Source of the DNA: a bacterium
GTDB lineage: Bacteria; Patescibacteriota; Minisyncoccia; Minisyncoccales; CG1-02-41-26
Length of the DNA stretch: 64,000 bases
Assembly (NCBI GenBank): GCA_030616605.1
Contig: JAUWWY010000001.1
Span: 132,251-196,250, forward strand
Direction: 5' to 3'
Shown: piece after piece, positions 58,394 through 64,000 of the stretch
How the letters are laid out: each line of letters begins with the position of its first letter
Numbering within the stretch: position 1 is the stretch's first letter
Program-made: the position numbers and the translations under genes
Notes under the pieces: model-generated
Told to the model about the DNA's origin: nothing
The model's input: only the letters and a program-made list of their open reading frames with translations
Databases searched by the model: none

Positions 58394-59596
58394 ATGGCTA
58401 TAAATACTGACTCTAAAAAAATAAAAGAGATTTTGGAAAGGGGAGTAGAAAAGATTATTAAAGAAGAAAATTTATTAAAGAAACTAAAGAAAGGGAAAAA
58501 ATTAAGGATAAAACTTGGTATTGATCCAACTGGTCCTAAAATCCATATTGGTAGAGCTGTTCAACTTTGGAAACTAAAAGCTTTTCAAGAATTAGGCCAT
58601 CAGATTGTTTTAATTATTGGTGACTTTACAGCTCAAATTGGTGATGCTTCTGATAAGACATCGATGAGAAAGTCGTTAACAGAAGAAGAAATAAGGAAAA
58701 ATATGAAAGATTATCAAAGCCAGATTGCTAAAATCTTAGATATGAAAAAAGTTGAGGTTCGGCGAAATTCAGAATGGTTGGCCAAATTAAATCTTAAAGA
58801 ACTTCTGCCCATGACCATGGAATTTACTGCCCAGCAAATGATTCAAAGAAGGAATTTCAAAGAGAGGTGGAATAAAGGCAAAGCTATTGGAATCCATGAA
58901 TTAATTTATCCAATTTCCCAAGGATACGATTCAGTAATGGTAAAAGCTGATGTTGAAATTGGGGGATTTGATCAACTTTTTAATTTAAAAATGGGAAGAG
59001 AAATCCAAAGGATGTTTAGCCAACCCCCTCAAGATATTATGACTTTGAAAATGCTTTATGGTCTAGATGGTAGAAAAATGGCAACTAGCTGGGGCAACGT
59101 TATAAACATTGTCGATAAACCCGGAGAAATGTATGGAAAAGTTATGTCAATGAAAGATGAATTAATCGAAGATTATTTTGAGCTGGTAACCAAAATGCCC
59201 TTAAGGGAAATAAAAGTGATTAAAAAAGAATTGAAATCAGGAAAATTAAATCCCCGAGATGCTAAAGCACAATTGGCAAAAGAAATTGTAGCGCTATATC
59301 ACGGAAAAAAGAAAGCAAATAAAGCTCAAATAGAGTTCAATCAAGTGTTCAGAGAAAAAAAATTACCATCAAAAATTCCCATCTTTAAAACTTCAAAAAG
59401 GGTCTTGCCAATTTTAGATTTAATTTTCAATTCAAAATTGGCCTCTTCTAAGAGTGAGGCTAAAAGATTAATTTTAGAAAAAGGAGTAAAAATCAACACT
59501 AAAATAAAGACTGATTGGAAAGAAAAAATTAAAATTAAAGAGGGAATGATAGTTCAGGTAGGGAAGAGAAAATTTATAAAAATCAAATTAAAATGA
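58394..59596 (+). CDS. tyrS: tyrosine--tRNA ligase
   Basis: PTGPKIHIGRA (HIGH), KMATS (KMSKS-like), and a C-terminal S4 domain SKSEAKRLI. Confidence 0.9.
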   Translation: MAINTDSKKIKEILERGVEKIIKEENLLKKLKKGKKLRIKLGIDPTGPKIHIGRAVQLWKLKAFQELGHQIVLIIGDFTAQIGDASDKTSMRKSLTEEEIRKNMKDYQSQIAKILDMKKVEVRRNSEWLAKLNLKELLPMTMEFTAQQMIQRRNFKERWNKGKAIGIHELIYPISQGYDSVMVKADVEIGGFDQLFNLKMGREIQRMFSQPPQDIMTLKMLYGLDGRKMATSWGNVINIVDKPGEMYGKVMSMKDELIEDYFELVTKMPLREIKVIKKELKSGKLNPRDAKAQLAKEIVALYHGKKKANKAQIEFNQVFREKKLPSKIPIFKTSKRVLPILDLIFNSKLASSKSEAKRLILEKGVKINTKIKTDWKEKIKIKEGMIVQVGKRKFIKIKLK

Positions 59597-60990
59597 AAAG
59601 AATTCCAATAAATGAAACACCAAAATACCTCGGTAAACAAATCAAATTATCTGGTTGGGTCAATTCACGCCGGGACCACGGAAAGCTTATTTTTATTGAT
59701 TTAAGAGATAGGAACGGTCTGACTCAGGTAGTATTTGTTCCTCAAGAAAAAGAAATTTACAATTTGGCTCAAAAATTAAGGAATGAGTGGGTGGTTGAGG
59801 TAATTGGAAAGGTTTCTCAAAGACCCAAAGGAATGGAAAATCCAAAAATTGAAACAGGAAAAATTGAGGTAAAAGCCAAAGAGTTGAAGATTTTTTCAGA
59901 AGCTAAAACCTTGCCTTTTTCAATTGAAACTGATGGTCATGAAATAGGGGAAGAAAAAAGATTAAAATATCGCTATTTGGATTTAAGAAGAAAAAGGTTA
60001 CAAAAGAATCTGGATATCCGCCAAGAAGTAATCCGCTTTATAAGGGAATATCTCCAGCAAGAGAACTTTATAGAAATAGAGACGCCAATTTTAACCAAAT
60101 CTACCCCGGAAGGTGCTCGGGACTTTTTGGTTCCTTCAAGATTACAGGCTGGGAAATTTTATGCCCTACCTCAAAGCCCTCAACAATATAAACAGCTTTT
60201 GATGGTAAGCGGTATTGAAAAATATTTTCAGATTGCCAGATGTCTGCGAGATGAAGACCCAAGAGGCGACAGGCAAGCAGAACACACTCAGTTGGATATT
60301 GAAATGTCATTTGTGGAACAGGAAGACATTCTAAACCTGATTGAAGGCCTTTATTTAAATCTTTGTAAAAAATTATTTCCTAAAAAGAAAATTAAAGAAA
60401 TTCCTTTTCCGCGCTTTAACTATGAAGAAGTAATTAAGAAATATAATACAGACAAACCTGACCTCAGAAAAGACAAATCTAATCCAAATGAATTAGCTTT
60501 TTGCTTTATAACTAACTTCCCAATGTTTGAGTGGCATAAAAAAGATAAAAAGTGGGGACCTATGCATCATCCTTTTACAAAGCCCCAAACCAAAAATATA
60601 AAAGAAATTAATAAAAATCCAGAGAAGATTTTATCCTTTCAACATGATTTTGTATTAAACGGTAATGAAATTGGTGGAGGAAGCCTACGAAGCACAGATG
60701 CCGAAACACTAACAGCAGTTTTTGAGGTTTTAAGCCATAAAAAAGAAGAAATAAAAGAACGATTCGGCCATTTATTAGAAGCTTTTCAATACGGTGTTCC
60801 CCCTCATGGAGGAATAGCCATGGGAATTGATAGATTTTTGGCAATAGTCTTAAACGAACCAAACATCAGAGAGGTCATGGCTTTTCCGAAAACCGGTGAC
60901 AACCGAGATTTAATGATGGATGCTCCTTCCAAGGTTTCAAAAGAACAGTTGAAAGAACTCCATATTAAAGTAAGTAAAAAAAATGACTAA
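59593..60990 (+). CDS. aspS: aspartate--tRNA ligase, short form without the GAD insertion
   Basis: OB-fold N-terminus, FYALPQSPQQYKQLLM, FRDEDPRGDRQAEHTQLDIEMSF, and GGIAMGIDR. Confidence 0.9.
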   Translation: MKRIPINETPKYLGKQIKLSGWVNSRRDHGKLIFIDLRDRNGLTQVVFVPQEKEIYNLAQKLRNEWVVEVIGKVSQRPKGMENPKIETGKIEVKAKELKIFSEAKTLPFSIETDGHEIGEEKRLKYRYLDLRRKRLQKNLDIRQEVIRFIREYLQQENFIEIETPILTKSTPEGARDFLVPSRLQAGKFYALPQSPQQYKQLLMVSGIEKYFQIARCLRDEDPRGDRQAEHTQLDIEMSFVEQEDILNLIEGLYLNLCKKLFPKKKIKEIPFPRFNYEEVIKKYNTDKPDLRKDKSNPNELAFCFITNFPMFEWHKKDKKWGPMHHPFTKPQTKNIKEINKNPEKILSFQHDFVLNGNEIGGGSLRSTDAETLTAVFEVLSHKKEEIKERFGHLLEAFQYGVPPHGGIAMGIDRFLAIVLNEPNIREVMAFPKTGDNRDLMMDAPSKVSKEQLKELHIKVSKKND

Positions 60991-61903
60991 AAATATTAAA
61001 CTTTTTCTGATTATAATTTTAGTAAGTTTGCCTTTTTATTGGGGAATAAATCTTTTAGAGAAAAATCTTGAAGATTTTTTTTACTTTAAGCAAGTTGAGA
61101 AAAATCCTCCTTCTTTTTTTATTGCCCAAATTGCTCAAAATTATCCAACCTTAAAAGACATTCAAATTTCAGCCGAAGCTGCTATTTCAATTGAGATAGA
61201 TGAAAACGGCAAAGAAAAGATTATTTTCAAAAGGAATGAAAATGAAAAAATGGCAATTGCAAGTTTAACCAAACTGATGACTGGAATTACTGCTTTAGAA
61301 TTTTATCAACCCTTGGATAAGATTGAAATTTCACAAGCTACTGTCGACCAACCAGAAGATACTGGTCAATTGAGAGAAGGGGAGGTTTTAAAGGTTGAGG
61401 ACCTTTTGCGTATTATGCTTATTGAATCAAGTAATGATGCTGCTTTTGCTCTGGCTGAAGAATCTGGTATTGGGGGATTTGTCCATCTAATGAATTTAGA
61501 AACTAAGGAAATAGGATTGGAAAATACTCGTTTTTTTAACCCAACCGGCCTTGACCCAGAAGAAGACCCATCGATAAAGAAACCCAATTATTCAACAGCC
61601 AGAGATTTAGCAAAACTGACAAAATATTTATTAGAGAACCATCCTTTAATTTTGGATATTTTGAGTCTAAAAGAATATCAACTCTATTTAGAAAACGGGG
61701 TTCTCCATCACAATCTTAAAAACACAAATGAACTTCTTGGTGAAATTCCCGGAATAATTGGCGGCAAAACAGGCTTTACTGAAAAAGCCGGGGGCTGTTT
61801 AGTTTTAATCTCAAAAACCGGAAAAGAGGGGAATTATTTAATAAATGTAGTCCTGAACTCAACTAAGAAATTTGAAGATATGAAAAAATTATGTTCGCCA
61901 TAA
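60983..61903 (+). CDS. D-alanyl-D-alanine carboxypeptidase (S11, PBP5-type)
   Basis: ASLTK (SxxK), SSND (SxN) and KTGFT. Confidence 0.8.
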   Translation: MTKNIKLFLIIILVSLPFYWGINLLEKNLEDFFYFKQVEKNPPSFFIAQIAQNYPTLKDIQISAEAAISIEIDENGKEKIIFKRNENEKMAIASLTKLMTGITALEFYQPLDKIEISQATVDQPEDTGQLREGEVLKVEDLLRIMLIESSNDAAFALAEESGIGGFVHLMNLETKEIGLENTRFFNPTGLDPEEDPSIKKPNYSTARDLAKLTKYLLENHPLILDILSLKEYQLYLENGVLHHNLKNTNELLGEIPGIIGGKTGFTEKAGGCLVLISKTGKEGNYLINVVLNSTKKFEDMKKLCSP

Positions 61904-62946
61904 ATGCAATTAAAATATTATTTTTATTAGCTTTTTCAAGCTTTTTAGCCGTTCTCTGGACACCTCTATTAACTCATTTTCTTTATAAATACAAACTTTG
62001 GCGAAAAACCGCCAGAACTAAAACTATTGACGGCAAACCTGCTCCGGTTTTCTACGGCTTACATAAAAAAAGAGAAGTTACTGTTCCTCGAATGGGCGGG
62101 CTTTTAATTTGGATAACAACTCTTTTTATAGCATTTTTGTTTGCCGCATTGGCTAAAATCTTTGACGGGTTCTGGCTGGAAAAGTTAAATTTCCTATCAA
62201 GGGACCAAACCTGGCTCCCTCTGGCTACTTTAGTCAGTGCTGCTCTCTTGGGTCTTAGTGATGATATTCTCCAAGTTCTTGGTAAAGGAAAATACACTGG
62301 AGGCGGCATCCGATTTACCAGAAGATTAGCAGTAGTTCTCTTAATAGGAATTGTTGGAGCTTTGTGGTTTTATTTCAAACTAGAATGGCATAGTTTATAT
62401 ATTCCTTTGGTCGGCGACCTGGAAATTGGTTTCTGGTATCTACCATTATTTGTTATTACAGTTCTTGCCTGTTGGGCTGGAGGAATAATTGACGGCATTG
62501 ACGGCTTAGCCGGAGGAACCTTTGCCATAATGTTTGCTGCTTTCTCTGTAATTGCTTTTTCAAACATGCAATACAACCTAGCAGCCTTTTCTGCGGTTAT
62601 TACCGGAACAATTCTGGCTTTTTTATGGTTTAATATCCCGCCGGCTCGCTTCTATATGGGAGAAAGCGGAATGATAGGTTTAACAGCCACTTTAGCCGTA
62701 GTTGCCTTTTTAACTGACTCTGTTCTTGTTCTGCCAATTATCGGAGGACTTTTGGTTATAGAGGTCGGCTCTGTTTTAATTCAACTCTTTTCAAAAAAGT
62801 TTTTTGGCAAGAAAATTTTCCTTTGTACTCCTATTCACCATCATTTAGAAGCCAAGGGTTGGAGTCCAGCAAAAATTACTATGCGATTTTGGATTTTAGG
62901 TATGGTATTCGCGGTTATAGGAGTAGTAATAAAACTTCTCGGATAA
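61891..62946 (+). CDS. mraY: phospho-N-acetylmuramoyl-pentapeptide transferase
   Basis: 10-TM pattern, DDILQV, IDGIDGLAGG and PIHHHLE. Confidence 0.9.
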   Translation: MFAINAIKILFLLAFSSFLAVLWTPLLTHFLYKYKLWRKTARTKTIDGKPAPVFYGLHKKREVTVPRMGGLLIWITTLFIAFLFAALAKIFDGFWLEKLNFLSRDQTWLPLATLVSAALLGLSDDILQVLGKGKYTGGGIRFTRRLAVVLLIGIVGALWFYFKLEWHSLYIPLVGDLEIGFWYLPLFVITVLACWAGGIIDGIDGLAGGTFAIMFAAFSVIAFSNMQYNLAAFSAVITGTILAFLWFNIPPARFYMGESGMIGLTATLAVVAFLTDSVLVLPIIGGLLVIEVGSVLIQLFSKKFFGKKIFLCTPIHHHLEAKGWSPAKITMRFWILGMVFAVIGVVIKLLG

Positions 62947-63028
62947 ATAGATTGACAAATATAAGGATTGTCGTATAATAGAAATAGTCCTTAATGTTCA
63001 TTAAAATTAAAAAAAGGAGATATAAATA

Positions 63029-63379
63029 GTGAGTAAAAAAATATTAATAATCGATGACGACGAGAATATCCGTTTACTGTTAAAGGATATTTTAGAGGGG
63101 ATTTTGAAAACAGGACCAGTCAAAGAGGCAGAAACGGGCATGAAAGGAGTAGAGCTGGCTATTTCAGAGAAGCCTGATGTTATTTTTTGTGACATTAATA
63201 TGCCAGATATCTCGGGTTTAGAAGTAGTCCGTCAGCTTCGTAATAATCCACCCTTTAAAAATACTCTAATCATCGCCATGAGCGCCGAATATCATTATGA
63301 AGATGGAATCTTAAAGGCAGGAGCAAACGTTTTTCTGAAAAAACCCTTTGACCTGGCCGCCATCAAAAATCTCTTCTAA
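63029..63379 (+). CDS. single-domain response regulator (CheY-like receiver), GTG start
   Basis: ILIIDDDE, DVIFCDINMPD, IIAMSA and KKPF. Confidence 0.8.
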   Translation: MSKKILIIDDDENIRLLLKDILEGILKTGPVKEAETGMKGVELAISEKPDVIFCDINMPDISGLEVVRQLRNNPPFKNTLIIAMSAEYHYEDGILKAGANVFLKKPFDLAAIKNLF

Positions 63380-63389
63380 CCAATCAATT

Positions 63390-63423
63390 AGTCCATCAAC
63401 CTTAGGTTGATGGACTTTTTTTC
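63390..63423 (+). terminator. rho-independent terminator
   Basis: AGTCCATCAACC-tta-GGTTGATGGACT plus T-run. Confidence 0.75.
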
Positions 63424-63472
63424 CTTAAAAATCTATCTTTTTCTAAAAATTTATGATAAATTGTAGATAGAA

Positions 63473-64000
63473 ATGAAATTAAATCAACTAAAAAACAAAA
63501 GTATATTAATTTTAGGATTCGCTAAAGAAGGAAAAGATAGTTATTTGGCTTTGAAAAAATTGCGGGCAACAGAAGACTGGCGTCCAAAGAAAGCTTTAGG
63601 AATAGCTGATAGAGAACAGAATAAGAACTATCTGAAAAAAGTCAAAAATTACGATTTAATAATCAAAAGTCCGGGCATTCCCTTAAGAATAGTAAAGCCA
63701 TTTTTGAAAAAGGGGGCAAAAATAATTTCTCAAACTGAAATTTTCTTTGAAAACTGTCCGGGGACTATTATTGGTGTCACTGGTACCAAAGGGAAGGGGA
63801 CAACTGCTTCTTTGATTTACCAAATATTAAAAAGACGGGGCTTGAGAGTAAAATTAGTAGGAAATATCGGAAAACCAGTTTTTCAAGTTTTATTAAAAGC
63901 TAAAAAAGACGATATTTTTGTTTATGAATTATCTTCTCATCAACTTCAAAATCTTAAAAAATCCCCAAAGATTGCTGTTTTTTTAAATCTCTATCCGGCT
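63473..64000 (+). CDS. murD: UDP-N-acetylmuramoylalanine--D-glutamate ligase, 3' end beyond the window
   Basis: Open frame to the window edge (not in the ORF track). [12 protein letters not shown]-loop and ELSSHQL. Confidence 0.85.
   Translation, partial: MKLNQLKNKSILILGFAKEGKDSYLALKKLRATEDWRPKKALGIADREQNKNYLKKVKNYDLIIKSPGIPLRIVKPFLKKGAKIISQTEIFFENCPGTIIGVTGTKGKGTTASLIYQILKRRGLRVKLVGNIGKPVFQVLLKAKKDDIFVYELSSHQLQNLKKSPKIAVFLNLYPA

Noticed and set aside
63390-63423. Terminator similar to those of the RNA family (AGTCCATC..GATGGACT) as a sixth family member
   Set aside because: Only the terminator stem is shared, so this appears to be a common house terminator sequence. For the same reason, the terminator covariation was not weighted heavily as evidence for the RNA family.

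Overview
About 30% GC bacterial chromosome segment with small, tightly packed genes, promoters placed for leaderless starts and scattered dcw genes. This is consistent with a CPR/Patescibacteria-like genome, but that is an inference from the sequence only. Nt 1-26200 and 55000-64000 are housekeeping: ychF, pcm, mltG, rplJ-rplL, a membrane-anchored Clp ATPase, mraZ-rsmH-ftsL-ftsI, a Ca-type P-ATPase plus CaCA exchanger, rplU, recR, dnaB, cysS, an intein-containing dnaX, thpR, murC, tyrS, aspS, a DD-carboxypeptidase, mraY, murD and four tRNAs. Nt 26200-54600 is accessory. It holds a tRNA-Gln with a duplicated 3' end, a 21-bp iteron-like array, and a surface-protein cluster (a 1733-aa Ig-repeat adhesin, a dockerin protein, a cohesin/TSR-like anchored protein, a collagen-like protein and a Cys-rich protein). 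It also holds a run of single-gene units for nucleotide and phosphoester hydrolases separated by a recurring terminator-promoter module, GC-rich probably foreign genes with strong SD sites, and two kinds of unclassified structured RNA. The top candidate for something new is a four-copy family of self-transcribed 225-307 nt non-coding RNAs (48.9-53.1 kb). They share a scaffold supported by compensatory changes and carry insertion sites of very different length. A separate, roughly 330-nt GC-rich RNA-like locus lies at 36.9-37.2 kb. No similarity search could be run, so all family names come from motifs read by eye.
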